Shown here: positions 1-9,956 of the stretch, piece after piece
Layout of the letters: every line of letters starts with the position of its first letter
Numbering within the stretch: position 1 is the stretch's first letter
From: Thermoplasmata archaeon
Lineage (GTDB): Archaea > Thermoplasmatota > Thermoplasmata > Lutacidiplasmatales > UBA184
NCBI GenBank assembly: GCA_021828195.1
Contig: JAKASQ010000001.1
Coordinates: forward strand, 532,335-596,334
Direction: 5' to 3'
Length of the DNA stretch: 64,000 nt
The notes under the pieces: generated by a model
The model's input: the letters and a program-made list of their open reading frames with translations, nothing else
The model's database searches: none
Told to the model about the DNA's origin: nothing
Made by a program: the position numbers and the translations under genes

Positions 1-1
1 C

Positions 2-439
2 CTCACCGCGCTGTCGATCCCGGCGCCGAACTTCATCGCCCGCACGTTCTCCGGCGACCCGAGGACCCTAACGGCGGTCCTGAAGGAGGCGCTCGAGTTC
101 AACCGGGCGCACCGGGGGTTCGCGTTCATCGAGGACCTCTCCCCGTGCGTGACGTACAACGACACGTACAAGCTCTGGCGCGAGCGGGTCGTCGACGTGA
201 GCAAACTGCCCGGCTACGATCCGTCGGACCGCAAGGCGATGTTCCGGCTCTGCATGGAGACGATGGATTCCGGGAAGATCCCGATCGGCGTGATGCACCG
301 CCCCGCGGAGGGCGCCCCACTCGACCCCGCGCTGGAAACACGGGTGCTCCCAGCGGGCGCTCTCGGACCGGCCCGGACCGAGATCGAGATCGAGCCGAAC
401 ATGGCGGCGTACGCGAAGCTCCTGCGGAGCGTCGCGTAG
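2..439 (+). CDS. 2-oxoacid:ferredoxin oxidoreductase beta subunit, C-terminal part (5' truncated by window)
   Basis: Open frame from base 2: LTALSIPAPNFIARTFSGD...GFAFIEDLSPCVTYN...KIPIGV, typical of the TPP-binding beta subunit C-terminus. Confidence 0.85.
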   Translation, partial: LTALSIPAPNFIARTFSGDPRTLTAVLKEALEFNRAHRGFAFIEDLSPCVTYNDTYKLWRERVVDVSKLPGYDPSDRKAMFRLCMETMDSGKIPIGVMHRPAEGAPLDPALETRVLPAGALGPARTEIEIEPNMAAYAKLLRSVA

Positions 440-481
440 GGACCGCATCTTCTTTGGGCTCACGGGGTCTCCGCCCGCGCG

Positions 482-1813
482 ATGTGGATCGGCATCGACG
501 ACACGGACAGCCCCCGAGGAGGGTGCACGACGCACGCTCTGACCGAGGTCGTCCGCGTCGCCCGCGACCTCGGCGTGGACCCGATCGGCGACCCGCGTCT
601 GGTCCGCCTCAATCCCAACATCCCCTTCAAGACCCGCGGCAACGCCGCGCTCAGCGCCCGCTTCGGCATCGGGCGAGGTCGTCGCCGGCGCTGCGGGTCG
701 ATCGATGGACGCGCGGTGTGGGCCTACGAACGGGGGGCCCGGCTCTCGCCGACGCTCGCGAACGATCTAGTCGACGCGGCGTGGAAGGCGGTGCTCGATT
801 CCTCGCGGGTCGGTGAGGTCGGCACGGATCCGGCGTTGGTCGCCTCGACGCGACGATTGCCGTCGTCGCTGTACTGGACCGCGGTCCGCAGTGTCGTGCA
901 TGTGGACGACGTGCGAGCGACGCTGAACGATCTGGGAGCCACGGTGCGGATCCACGGGGACGATCTCGGCGTGGTCGGAGCCGCGGCGAGCGTCGCCTGG
1001 CCCGAGACCCACCCGACCTGGGAACTTCTCGCGTACCGCGACCCGGAACACGGCTCGCTCCAACGCGAGGTCGACGCCGGATCGGTCCGGGAGGCTCAGC
1101 GCCAGTATCCGGACCTATTCCTGTGTACCGATCCCGCGACCCGACGACTCCTCATCGCCCCGCACACGCCCTGCCCGATCCTCTTCGGGCTGCGTTCGCG
1201 TCGGCGGGGAGCGCCGCTGCGTGCCCTCGCGACGGTCCGCTCCGAGCCGGTGGAACGCTGGATGCTCTTCTGCACCAATCAAGGGACGGGCGACCACCTC
1301 CTACGGCGCCCCGCGGCCTCCCTCGGCCCGTACGAGAGTGGACGCGTGGAAGGGTTCGTGGGGGGCGTTCCGACCACGCTACGGGGTGGCCACGTTCGTT
1401 TCCCAATCGTGGACGCGGACGGGACGGAACTCGTATGCATGGCGTTCGAACCGACGAAGACCCTGCCGGCGGTGGGCCGCTCGCTTCGGCCCGGCGATCG
1501 CGTGAGGGTCTGGGGAGGGCGCGCGGGCGACGCGACGTTCCGTATCGAGGGCATCGAGATCCTCACGCGTCGCGAAGTTGCGGGGAGATCCCGAGCGCCG
1601 CGTTGCCCGGAGTGCGAGCGCCGCGCGCGCTCGCTCGGTACGGCCCGCGGCTATCGATGCCCGGGCTGCCACGCCCGCTGGCCTCCCGAAGCCGCGCGAC
1701 GCGACGTGGTCCGGCCCGAGTTTCCGGCCGGGGTCTACCATCCGACGCCGTCCGCGCGCCGGCACCTTGCCCCGCTTGGCCCCGAGAGCCTGCCTCCGCT
1801 TCCCAATACATAA
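482..1813 (+). CDS. tiaS: tRNA(Ile2) 2-agmatinylcytidine synthetase
   Basis: MWIGIDDTDSPRGGCTT, PRLVRLNPNIPFKTRGNAA, PHTPCPILFGLR, TNQGTGDHL, OB fold, CPEC/CPGC zinc ribbon, ARRHLA. Confidence 0.95.
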   Translation: MWIGIDDTDSPRGGCTTHALTEVVRVARDLGVDPIGDPRLVRLNPNIPFKTRGNAALSARFGIGRGRRRRCGSIDGRAVWAYERGARLSPTLANDLVDAAWKAVLDSSRVGEVGTDPALVASTRRLPSSLYWTAVRSVVHVDDVRATLNDLGATVRIHGDDLGVVGAAASVAWPETHPTWELLAYRDPEHGSLQREVDAGSVREAQRQYPDLFLCTDPATRRLLIAPHTPCPILFGLRSRRRGAPLRALATVRSEPVERWMLFCTNQGTGDHLLRRPAASLGPYESGRVEGFVGGVPTTLRGGHVRFPIVDADGTELVCMAFEPTKTLPAVGRSLRPGDRVRVWGGRAGDATFRIEGIEILTRREVAGRSRAPRCPECERRARSLGTARGYRCPGCHARWPPEAARRDVVRPEFPAGVYHPTPSARRHLAPLGPESLPPLPNT

Positions 1814-1838
1814 GTACGCAGGGGCCGCTCCGCGGAGC

Positions 1839-3140
1839 ATGCCATTCGCTCCGCTTCGAGGGTTCCGGGACTACGTCCCTCCTGAGGCCGGCGCCCGATC
1901 GGAACTGATGCGACGGATGCGGGCGAGCGCCCGCCGGTGCGGCTTCTCCGAGCTCGAGACTCCGAGCGTCGAGCCGCTCGATCTGTACAAGGTCAAGAGC
2001 GGCGAGGAGATCACCCGGGAGGTCTGGGCGTTCCAGGACAAGGGCGGTCGCGATGTCGCGCTCGCTCCGGAGACGACCCCGTCGCTCGCCCGGATCTACG
2101 CGGAGCGGGCGAAGTCCGAGCCCCTGCCCGTCAAGTGGTTCACGGTCCAGAAGCTCTGGCGCTACGAAGAACCCCAGGCCGGGAGGACCCGAGAGTTCTC
2201 CCAGCTCAATTTCGACATCCTCGGCGTGGGGGGCGTCGAGGCCGAAGTCGAGACGCTCGCCTCGGCCGCGCTCGCTCTCGACGAAGCCGGCGCGGCCGGG
2301 CTCTATGCGTTCCGGATCAACGATCGACCCCTCGCGGAGGGGCTCGGACGTCACTTCGGAGCCTCGGACGTGGCGGCGTACTTCCGCACGGTCGACCGTT
2401 ATCGGAAGTCCTCGGCGAAGGAGTTCCTCGCGAGCCTCGAATCCGCCGGGATCGCCCCCGGCCGCACCGCCGAGCTCACCGCACTGTTCGCCTCGGTCGG
2501 AGCCGGTATCCTGCCGGTGGACCTGCCCGCATTCTTCGACCGCATCGAGGCCCTGGGACTCGAGGAGGGGGCCCGGGCCGGCGTCGCACGGATCCGCGCG
2601 CTCATGCGATTGTGCGAACCAGCCGGGATCGCGGACCGCGTCGTCTTCGATCCGACCGTGGTCCGGGGCCTCGCGTACTACACGAGCACGGTCTTCGAAG
2701 CGTACGCGAAGGATGCGAGCCTGCGGGCGCTGTTCGGCGGGGGACGCTACGACCGGCTGATCGAGCTGTTCGGCGGACCGGCGACTCCGGCCTGCGGGCT
2801 CGCGATCGGGGACCAGACCCTCGAGCTCCTGTTGAAGGAGCACGGCCGCTGGCCGGAAGGCGAACCCCCCCTCGACACGTACGTGGTAACGGTATCGACG
2901 GAGTTCCTGCCGGATGCGATCCGCCTCGTCCGGGAGCTCCGGCTCGCGGGGGTCTCGGCGGATACCGATCTATTGGGGCGCTCGATGTCCCGGCAGCTCA
3001 AGGAGGCGGCGCGCCAGCGTGCCCGCCGTGCCCTGATCCTCGGGCCGCAGGAGGCGTCTCGTGGCGCGGTCGTGGAGCGTGACCTCGCGACGGGGGACCA
3101 GCGGGAGATCCCGCGGGACGAGGCTGCACGACCGGCGTGA
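1839..3140 (+). CDS. hisS: Histidine--tRNA ligase
   Basis: LRGFRDY, LAPETTPSLAR, WRYEEPQAGRTREFSQ, VRGLAYYT, GGGRYD; ATG 1839 lies 22 nt after TATA-like ATAAGTA. Confidence 0.95.
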   Translation: MPFAPLRGFRDYVPPEAGARSELMRRMRASARRCGFSELETPSVEPLDLYKVKSGEEITREVWAFQDKGGRDVALAPETTPSLARIYAERAKSEPLPVKWFTVQKLWRYEEPQAGRTREFSQLNFDILGVGGVEAEVETLASAALALDEAGAAGLYAFRINDRPLAEGLGRHFGASDVAAYFRTVDRYRKSSAKEFLASLESAGIAPGRTAELTALFASVGAGILPVDLPAFFDRIEALGLEEGARAGVARIRALMRLCEPAGIADRVVFDPTVVRGLAYYTSTVFEAYAKDASLRALFGGGRYDRLIELFGGPATPACGLAIGDQTLELLLKEHGRWPEGEPPLDTYVVTVSTEFLPDAIRLVRELRLAGVSADTDLLGRSMSRQLKEAARQRARRALILGPQEASRGAVVERDLATGDQREIPRDEAARPA

Positions 3141-3882
3141 GCCCCTCCAACTGATCGGCGTCCCACAGGAGGATCCCGGGGGGAGACTCGCCCTCCTCGA
3201 TGTACCCGTACCAGTACACGACCGCGCCCTCTCCGAATATCTCGGTGTACGGTCCGAGCTGGCGTTTGAGGTTCTTACGCAGCTCCACGTCGTCGCCGAA
3301 GTTCGCTTTCGATTCGATCCAGGTGATCTTCTGGCCGAGGAAGACGATCGGGTCATCGAGGAGCGCGTCCGGGGTCTTTTGGAACTTGCCGCGAAGGTCC
3401 TTCTCCGTCCGATACCCGATCCCGTGCTTCTCGAGCCACCGGTACAGGCGTTCCTCGCCCTTGATGCCACGCTCCCGCTGGAGCTCCATGCCGCGCGGCG
3501 AGTAAATCATGTCGGCCGAGAGGAGCTCCTCGACCTCGTGCCGCAGGCGCGCGTCGGGAGCCGACTCGGGGTGCAGGAACGATCCCCAAACCTGCTTGCG
3601 CGGGACCCCGAGACCCTTCATGATGATCTGGCCGGCCAGCACGGGCGGGAACCGCCACTCGTGCGAGATATCGAGCATGCTGCGGCCGCGCTTCCACTCG
3701 GAGAGCACTCGGGGCAGCTGGTGCTGGACCGGATAGAAACGGCGGGTCGCGTCCCGTGTGACCCGGTGGGTATGGATGACGAAGAGGAGCTCCTCGTCCC
3801 GATGTTCGTCGTGGGAGATGCGGTGCACATCGTCGAGCGTCGCCAGGGCGTCATACAGGCGACGGTAAGTGGGGCGGTCCAT
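2998..3882 (-). CDS. C15orf41/CDIN1-family (TPD domain) PD-(D/E)xK nuclease-like protein
   Basis: GEERL, KTPDALL, WIESKANFGD, QLGPY..FGEGAVVYWYG motifs; start placed at MDRPTY (3882). Confidence 0.8.
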   Translation of the reverse strand: MDRPTYRRLYDALATLDDVHRISHDEHRDEELLFVIHTHRVTRDATRRFYPVQHQLPRVLSEWKRGRSMLDISHEWRFPPVLAGQIIMKGLGVPRKQVWGSFLHPESAPDARLRHEVEELLSADMIYSPRGMELQRERGIKGEERLYRWLEKHGIGYRTEKDLRGKFQKTPDALLDDPIVFLGQKITWIESKANFGDDVELRKNLKRQLGPYTEIFGEGAVVYWYGYIEEGESPPGILLWDADQLEGLTPVVQPRPAGSPAGPPSRGHAPRPRHETPPAARGSGHGGHAGAPPP

Positions 3883-3940
3883 GGGAAGCCGAAAAGTCCT
3901 CCGGACGATTCGGCCGGTCCAACCGCAGTTGAGCTTAAGG

Positions 3941-4783
3941 CTATGGTCGGGGGCGTCGCGCCCCGTGCGAAGGTTCGGCGGGCCCGCGCGTCGCGCTCGC
4001 AGCTCTCCCCATTTTGGCCATCGGGGTGGGAACTCGCTTGTGGAGGTTGCGCTCCACTCGGTCGGCGATGCCGCGCACGGTCTCCAGCGTGAGCGCGGTC
4101 TCGCGCGCGATCTCCCCGACACTCTCCCCCTGCTGCAGCGCTACGAGGATCTGGTCGATCTCGGCATACCCCAGACCGAGCTCGGCCTCGTCCGTCTGAT
4201 CCGGCCAAAGGCCCGCGCTAGGGGCTCGCGCCCGGATCGGGCCGGGAAGCTCGAGCTGGGCCGCGAGGGCTCGGATCTGCGTCTTGTACAGCTCCCCGAT
4301 CGGAAGCAGGTCGACGCCACCATCCCCATGCTTCGTGAAGTATCCGAGGAGGATTTCCGATCGGTTCCCGGTGCCAAGCACCAGCCGATGCCGCTCGCGG
4401 GAGAGGGCATAGAGCGTCGTCATCCGGATCCGGGCCTTCGTGTTGCCCCAGGTGACCCGATCCGGGATGTCGGGCAACGCCGCGCGGAAGGCGTTCTCGA
4501 TGGACGTGATCCCGACGGTCTGTCGCTCGATCCCGAGCGCATCCGCGTACTGCTCGGTTTCCTTTCTCAGGGCCTCCGGGAACACCGCGTCCGGCATGAG
4601 GACTCCGAGCACGCGGTCCTTGCCGAGGGCGTCGGAAGCGAGGCGGGCCACGAGGGCGCTATCGATGCCCCCCGAGAGGCCCACGACGGCCCCTTCGATC
4701 CCCTCGCTCCGCACGTAGGAACGCAGAAAGGTATGGATCGTCGCCTCGGCATGCGGAGGCAGGTCCGGTACGTGAGCGCTCAC
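3941..4783 (-). CDS. nadE: NH3-dependent NAD+ synthetase
   Basis: VVGLSGGIDSA, GNTKARIRM, GTGNRSE, GYFTKHGDG, PSAGLW..QTDE; GTG start overlaps RaSEA stop. Confidence 0.93.
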   Translation of the reverse strand: MSAHVPDLPPHAEATIHTFLRSYVRSEGIEGAVVGLSGGIDSALVARLASDALGKDRVLGVLMPDAVFPEALRKETEQYADALGIERQTVGITSIENAFRAALPDIPDRVTWGNTKARIRMTTLYALSRERHRLVLGTGNRSEILLGYFTKHGDGGVDLLPIGELYKTQIRALAAQLELPGPIRARAPSAGLWPDQTDEAELGLGYAEIDQILVALQQGESVGEIARETALTLETVRGIADRVERNLHKRVPTPMAKMGRAASATRGPAEPSHGARRPRP

Positions 4784-5802
4784 GCCTCGACCCCTACCGG
4801 CTCGAGGGAGCGTACGGTCTCCCAGTTCGCCCGGCAGCCGCAATCGAGCTCGCGCAAGGGCTCGAACACCTGGGTGAGCGAGGCGCGCTGGATCGCGGCG
4901 AGGACCCGTCGATCGCATCGACCGCAGTTGTGCGGCCCGCGCGCGAGACCGCCCGCTGTAGGGAAGGAGACAAGCCGAGCCGAACCGCGCCGAGCCGCTC
5001 CCTCGACCATCGACTCGACCACGCTCCACAGCCACGGTGGCCGGTAGCGCCGACGATGGTAGAGCCACTCGACCACGGTGCCGTTCTGGATGTGGACCGG
5101 ATTGATGGACATGGCATCGAAGTGGGCCCGGGCGGCCGCGACCGAGGCGACCACGTCGGCGATGGCTTCGCCCTCTCCGAGGTACGGGGGCTTGAGGAGG
5201 AGATACGCCTTCGCGTGCATCCCAGCGGCTCGCACCCGGTCCCCCGCGGCGAAGTACTCCTCGGGCGACGAGCCCTTGTTGATGAGCCGAGAGAGCACGT
5301 CCGCGTTGGCACTCTCCAGACCGAGGGCCACCTCGATCTCCCCGGGGAAGGCCTCGGAGAGCGGCGCGAGAACCTCCGGCCTCGTGAACTCCGGGAGCGT
5401 CTCGAACAGGAAGCGGCGGGCCTTGCCGGCGAACGCGCCCAGGATTTCTCGTCGGCTCTCGGGGTCGACCTCGCGGTCATCGAGGAAGCTTCCCGAGGTG
5501 TACACCTTGACGTAGGGCTCGCCCCGGTACCGGTCGATCGCAGCGTGGAGCTGGTGCGCGAGCTCGTCGGGCGTGGCCGAGCGGCCGAGCGTATCCTTCG
5601 CGTAGCCACACATCGAGCAGCCCTTGACGTCGGCCCAGTAGCAGCCGCGCGTCTTCAGGATCAGCACGAACGCGCGGACCTCCTCGCGGCCGAGGGCCTC
5701 GGCCTCCACCCATTGGTTGACGAACCGGCGGGCCGCATCGGGCTCGGCCGGCCCCGGGCGTCGCTCGTCGGCGACCGAGCGGGCGATCGATCGCGCGCTC
5801 AC
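4780..5802 (-). CDS. Archaeosine biosynthesis radical SAM protein RaSEA
   Basis: LKTRGCYW..GCSMCGY (CX6CX2C), YTSGSFLD, ALGLESA, YLLLKP, YRPPWLWS, HNCGRCD. Confidence 0.88.
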   Translation of the reverse strand: MSARSIARSVADERRPGPAEPDAARRFVNQWVEAEALGREEVRAFVLILKTRGCYWADVKGCSMCGYAKDTLGRSATPDELAHQLHAAIDRYRGEPYVKVYTSGSFLDDREVDPESRREILGAFAGKARRFLFETLPEFTRPEVLAPLSEAFPGEIEVALGLESANADVLSRLINKGSSPEEYFAAGDRVRAAGMHAKAYLLLKPPYLGEGEAIADVVASVAAARAHFDAMSINPVHIQNGTVVEWLYHRRRYRPPWLWSVVESMVEGAARRGSARLVSFPTAGGLARGPHNCGRCDRRVLAAIQRASLTQVFEPLRELDCGCRANWETVRSLEPVGVEA

Positions 5803-6506
5803 GACTCCTCGACCTCGACGCGGACGTCCATCGCATCCTTCAGATGCAACGTCTCCCGGAGCGATTCGGGGGCGACGAATTCGACGACATCCTCGTAGTG
5901 GGTCCGATCCGGCCGAATGAGATGACAGGGATGCTCGTTGAGCCGGGCCACGTAGCAGGTCGCGCCGCCGAAGGTCCGGTCGCCGGCCTGGAAGCCGTCG
6001 ATTCGGATCCCGGACCAGTGGCGCACGAACCCGATCTGGCGACGGGTCCCGGCTTCGATGCGAACATTGAGCGTGCCGGGAAACGGACCATATCCGAGGC
6101 GGGAGGGAAACTGCTGGGCGTATCCCGGCTGGGAGAGGTAGTAGCGACCCTCCCCGAGACCGGAGGTGACCACTCCCCGGAAGGAAATCCGCGCCGGGCC
6201 GTCGAAGATGCGGTGGTAGACGTGGTACTCCGCTCGCAGGGCGTCGATCCCTGCGGAGGTGAGCGCGAGCTTCGGCCGTCGCCCCACCAGGGTCCGGGTG
6301 AGATAACCGCGCTTCTCCAGCGCGACGAGGTAGCGGTCGGCGGCCTGCTGACTCGCTCCGATCTTCTCACCGACCTCGCGCGAGGTCAATTCGAGCGGGG
6401 CACGGTCGGCGCCCGCAAGCCCGAGCTGCTTGAGGACGGCGAGCTCCTCTCCCTTCGAACGGAGACGGGAGCGCTCCCGATCGCTCGAGGGGGTCCCTGC
6501 GCTCAC
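5799..6506 (-). CDS. ribK: CTP-dependent riboflavin kinase with N-terminal wHTH (RbkR-like)
   Basis: wHTH (SQQAADRYL), then GVVTSGLGEGRYY, PFPGTLN, RPDRTHY, LRETLHLKD. Confidence 0.92.
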   Translation of the reverse strand: MSAGTPSSDRERSRLRSKGEELAVLKQLGLAGADRAPLELTSREVGEKIGASQQAADRYLVALEKRGYLTRTLVGRRPKLALTSAGIDALRAEYHVYHRIFDGPARISFRGVVTSGLGEGRYYLSQPGYAQQFPSRLGYGPFPGTLNVRIEAGTRRQIGFVRHWSGIRIDGFQAGDRTFGGATCYVARLNEHPCHLIRPDRTHYEDVVEFVAPESLRETLHLKDAMDVRVEVEES

Positions 6507-6745
6507 GGTGCTTTCGCCGGCATCCGTCCCGGCGCGTAAAGGCTCGTCACGCTGGAGCCACGAACGATCAGGCGACCGAGACGACGCGTCCGCTCCGCGG
6601 TCGTCTCCTCGGAGTGGTCGAGGACGACGTTGAGATGCTCGTCCATGCCGAGGAGCTCGCCCGAGATCGTGCGCCCGTCCTTCAGGACGAGCGAGACGCG
6701 CTGGTGGAGCGCCTGCTCCAGGACCTGGGACGGACCGGTCGCCAT
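6503..6745 (-). CDS. Sm-like archaeal protein (Lsm/SmAP)
   Basis: LKDGRTISGELLGMDEHLNVVL (Sm1) and LIVRGSSV (Sm2). Confidence 0.9.
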   Translation of the reverse strand: MATGPSQVLEQALHQRVSLVLKDGRTISGELLGMDEHLNVVLDHSEETTAERTRRLGRLIVRGSSVTSLYAPGRMPAKAP

Positions 6746-6831
6746 CGCCGACAGGAGTGGGGGAGCTTCCTTAACCTTTCCCGGAACGCGCTCTGGCAAA
6801 GCGATATCCTGGCGTACCTCCGTCGCGCCGT

Positions 6832-7968
6832 ATGGTCAAGAACATCGCAACGGCGAAGGGGCTGGCCGGGGTAGTCGTCGGCTCGAGCCGGATCAGCGAC
6901 GTCGGAGGCGAGGCGGGGACGCTCGTCTACCGCGGCTTCAACGTGCGAGAACTCGTGCCCGGAACGCCGTACGAATCGGTCGTCCATCTGCTCCTGTTCG
7001 GCGATCCGCCATCGGAGGACCCGTCCCGACGGATCTCGGAGGCGCTCGCGGCGGCCCGCGCCTTGCCCCCGGCGCTCGCCGAGGCGGCGGACGCAATCCC
7101 CGCCGGAGGGCCTCCATTGGAAGCGATGCGGACCCTCCTATCGATGATGGGAGATGGCACGTACAGGTACCCCCCGACGCTCGAGCAAGGGTACGAGCTC
7201 ATCGCGCGGCTTCCCGTGCTGCTCACTCGATATCTACGCCGATCGCGGGGCGAAGACCCGATCGATCCCCGGCCCGGACTCGGCCAGGTCGCGAACTACC
7301 TCGCCATGCTGCACGGTACGGATCCGGATCCGGCCCACGTTCGAGCCCTGACGGGTTACTTCGATCTCCTTGCGGACCATGGAATGAACCCGTCGACGTT
7401 CGCCCTCACGATCGGGATCTCAACCCAGACGGACCTCATCAGCGCAGCGGTCGCCGCGCTCTCGGTGCTGAAGGGCCCGCTGCACGGAGGCGCTCCTAGC
7501 CTCGTCGTCCAGATGCTGGATGCCGTGGGCACCGCGGACCGCGCGGAGACCTACGTCGCAGAACAACTCGAGCACCGACGTCTCCTCTACGGGTTCGGTC
7601 ACCGGGTGTACAAGGTCGAAGATCCTCGGGCGGTCCTGCTGCACCAGCTCGCTCGGGACGTCGCCGATCCCGCGCGCGTCCATCTCGCCGAGGCGGTGGA
7701 GCGCGGCGCGTTGGAGGCTCTCCACCGGGCGCGGCCGGGAGCTCGGATCTACACGAACGTGGAGTACTACAGCGCGGTCGTGCTCGAGGCGGTGGGGATC
7801 CCGCGCGACTGCATGACCCCGACCTTCGCGCTCGCCCGAACGGCGGGCTGGGTCGCCCACGCGCTCGAGCAAGCCGCGGACAACCGGGTGATCCGTCCCG
7901 ACGTTCGCTACGAGGGACCCGGGAGCGGACGGACCTGGCCCCGCCCGCGTGACGCGGGCGGGCCATAG
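6832..7968 (+). CDS. Citrate synthase/methylcitrate synthase family protein
   Basis: KGLAGV, LVYRG, ADHGMN.STF, LKGPLHGGA, GFGHRVYK.EDPRA, TNVEYY, FALARTAGW. Confidence 0.9.
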   Translation: MVKNIATAKGLAGVVVGSSRISDVGGEAGTLVYRGFNVRELVPGTPYESVVHLLLFGDPPSEDPSRRISEALAAARALPPALAEAADAIPAGGPPLEAMRTLLSMMGDGTYRYPPTLEQGYELIARLPVLLTRYLRRSRGEDPIDPRPGLGQVANYLAMLHGTDPDPAHVRALTGYFDLLADHGMNPSTFALTIGISTQTDLISAAVAALSVLKGPLHGGAPSLVVQMLDAVGTADRAETYVAEQLEHRRLLYGFGHRVYKVEDPRAVLLHQLARDVADPARVHLAEAVERGALEALHRARPGARIYTNVEYYSAVVLEAVGIPRDCMTPTFALARTAGWVAHALEQAADNRVIRPDVRYEGPGSGRTWPRPRDAGGP

Positions 7969-7983
7969 GGCGTCGCGCTCGGC

Positions 7984-9873
7984 CTATGCGGAGCCCGCGC
8001 TGCCGCCTTTGTCGTCATCAACGACCTTGAAGTCCGCGTCCACGGGGCCGTTCGCTGGGGGCTCTTCGGGCGGCGGCGCGGTGCTCGCGCCGGGCTCGGC
8101 CGGTGGGGGAGGGGGCGGCGGCGCCCGGTACAACTCCTCGGACACCCTGTGCAGCGCTCGCACGAGCTCCTCCGTCAGTTCGCGCACCCGCGCGACCGGG
8201 GTTTCGGCGGACTTCAAGGCCTCACGCACCGCGCCAATCTTCCCCCGAAGCTCGCTGGTGGCGGATTCGGGGATCTTGGCTTTCTGCTCCTCCAGAAGCC
8301 GTTCGGCTTCGTAGGCGAGCGACTCGGCTCGGTTGCGTGCCTCGACGCCCTCCGCGCGCTCGCGATCTTTGTTGGCGAACTGCTCCGCCTGTCGAACCAT
8401 CTTCTCGATGTCCTCCTTGCTGAGCTTGTTCGCGGCACTGATCGTGATCCCTTGCTGGCGGCCGCTCGCGAGATCCTTCGCGGAGACGTTCACGAGCCCG
8501 TTCGCGTCGATGTCGAAGGTGACCTCGACCTGGGGAACGCCGCGGGGGGCCGGCGGGATGCCCGTCAATAGGAATCGTCCGAGGGGAACATTGTCCTCGC
8601 TCATCGGCCGTTCGCCCTGAAAGACCTTGATCTCCACCGTGGATTGGTTGTCGGCCGCGGTGCTGAACACCTGGGCCTTCCGGGAGGGGATGGTCGTGTT
8701 CCGTTCGATCAGTCGGGTGAAGACGCCTCCGAGGGTCTCGACGCCCAACGACAGCGGGGTCACGTCGAGCAGCAGGACATCCTTGACCTCGCCGGCGAGC
8801 ACTCCGCCCTGGATGGCGGCGCCGGTCGCGACGCACTCCATCGGGTCGACTCCCCGCTCGATCGGCCGGCCCAACTCGGTTTCCAAGAACCGCTGGACCG
8901 CCGGCATCCGGGTCGGACCCCCCACGAGGACGATGCGATCGATCTGGTCCTTGCTCAGCTTCGCGTCCTTGAGGGCCTGTTCGACGGGGGCCTTGCAGCG
9001 GGCGATAATGTCGCGCACGAGCTCCTCGAGCTTGGCGCGGGTCAGTTGCAGTGCGAGGTGCTTCGGGCCCTCGTTGGTGGCGGTGAGGAAAGGGAGATTG
9101 ATCTGAGTGTCCAAGGTCGAAGAGAGCTCGATCTTGGCCTTCTCTGCGGCGTCGCGGACCCGCTGGACGGCCATCTTGTCGGAGCGGATGTCGATCCCGC
9201 TCTCCTTGCGGAACTCTACGGCGATCCAGTCGGTGATCGCCGTGTCCATATCGGTCCCTCCGAGCTGCGTGTCTCCGCTCGTGGAGATGACCTCGAAGAC
9301 CCCGTCACCAAAGTCCATGATCGTGACATCAAGCGTCCCACCGCCGAGGTCGAAGACCAGGATCTTCTGGCTCTTGCCGCTCTTGTCGAGCCCGTACGCG
9401 AGGCTCGCGGCGGTAGGTTCGTTGATGATCCGGACGACCTCGAGCCCCGCGATCGCGCCGGCGTCCTTCGTCGCCTGGCGCTGGTTGTCGTTGAAGTAGG
9501 CGGGAACGGTGATGACCGCCTTGTCGACTTTCTCCCCGATGAACGCCTCGGCGTCCCGCTTGATCTTCTGGAGCAGAAAGCCCGAGAGCTGTTGCGGCGT
9601 GTACTCCTTTCCTTGGAGCCGGTACTTGTAGTCGGTTCCCATCTTCCGCTTGAAGGCGGTGACGGTCCCCTCGGGGTTTGAGATCGCCTGACGACGGGCG
9701 GGCTCTCCGACGATCAGCTGACCATCCTTCGCGAACGCGACGTACGAGGGGAACGCCTTTCCTCCGCCCACGGTCGTGCCTTCGGCGCTCGGGATGATCA
9801 CCGGCCGTCCGCCTTCCAACATCGCGGCGGCCGAGTTGCTGGTTCCCAGATCGATTCCAATAGTCTTTGACAT
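7984..9873 (-). CDS. dnaK: Chaperone DnaK (Hsp70)
   Basis: [51 protein letters not shown]. Confidence 0.98.
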   Translation of the reverse strand: MSKTIGIDLGTSNSAAAMLEGGRPVIIPSAEGTTVGGGKAFPSYVAFAKDGQLIVGEPARRQAISNPEGTVTAFKRKMGTDYKYRLQGKEYTPQQLSGFLLQKIKRDAEAFIGEKVDKAVITVPAYFNDNQRQATKDAGAIAGLEVVRIINEPTAASLAYGLDKSGKSQKILVFDLGGGTLDVTIMDFGDGVFEVISTSGDTQLGGTDMDTAITDWIAVEFRKESGIDIRSDKMAVQRVRDAAEKAKIELSSTLDTQINLPFLTATNEGPKHLALQLTRAKLEELVRDIIARCKAPVEQALKDAKLSKDQIDRIVLVGGPTRMPAVQRFLETELGRPIERGVDPMECVATGAAIQGGVLAGEVKDVLLLDVTPLSLGVETLGGVFTRLIERNTTIPSRKAQVFSTAADNQSTVEIKVFQGERPMSEDNVPLGRFLLTGIPPAPRGVPQVEVTFDIDANGLVNVSAKDLASGRQQGITISAANKLSKEDIEKMVRQAEQFANKDRERAEGVEARNRAESLAYEAERLLEEQKAKIPESATSELRGKIGAVREALKSAETPVARVRELTEELVRALHRVSEELYRAPPPPPPPAEPGASTAPPPEEPPANGPVDADFKVVDDDKGGSAGSA

Positions 9874-9919
9874 AACGTGCTTGCTCCTTCGACGGCCCTC
9901 GGGAGGTGTCCCTAGGTTA

Positions 9920-9956
9920 TCAGCAATAGAATGTAAGCTCTACTATATAATAGAAG
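9920..9956 (-). promoter_or_regulatory. Probable dnaK promoter with flanking TTCTATT direct repeats
   Basis: AT-rich island; minus-strand TTATATAG at about 9943-9950; AATAGAA at 9925-9931 and 9949-9955. Confidence 0.55.

Noticed and set aside
9915-9955. CIRCE-like element at dnaK
   Set aside because: It does not match TTAGCACTC-N9-GAGTGCTAA; only a short direct repeat is present.
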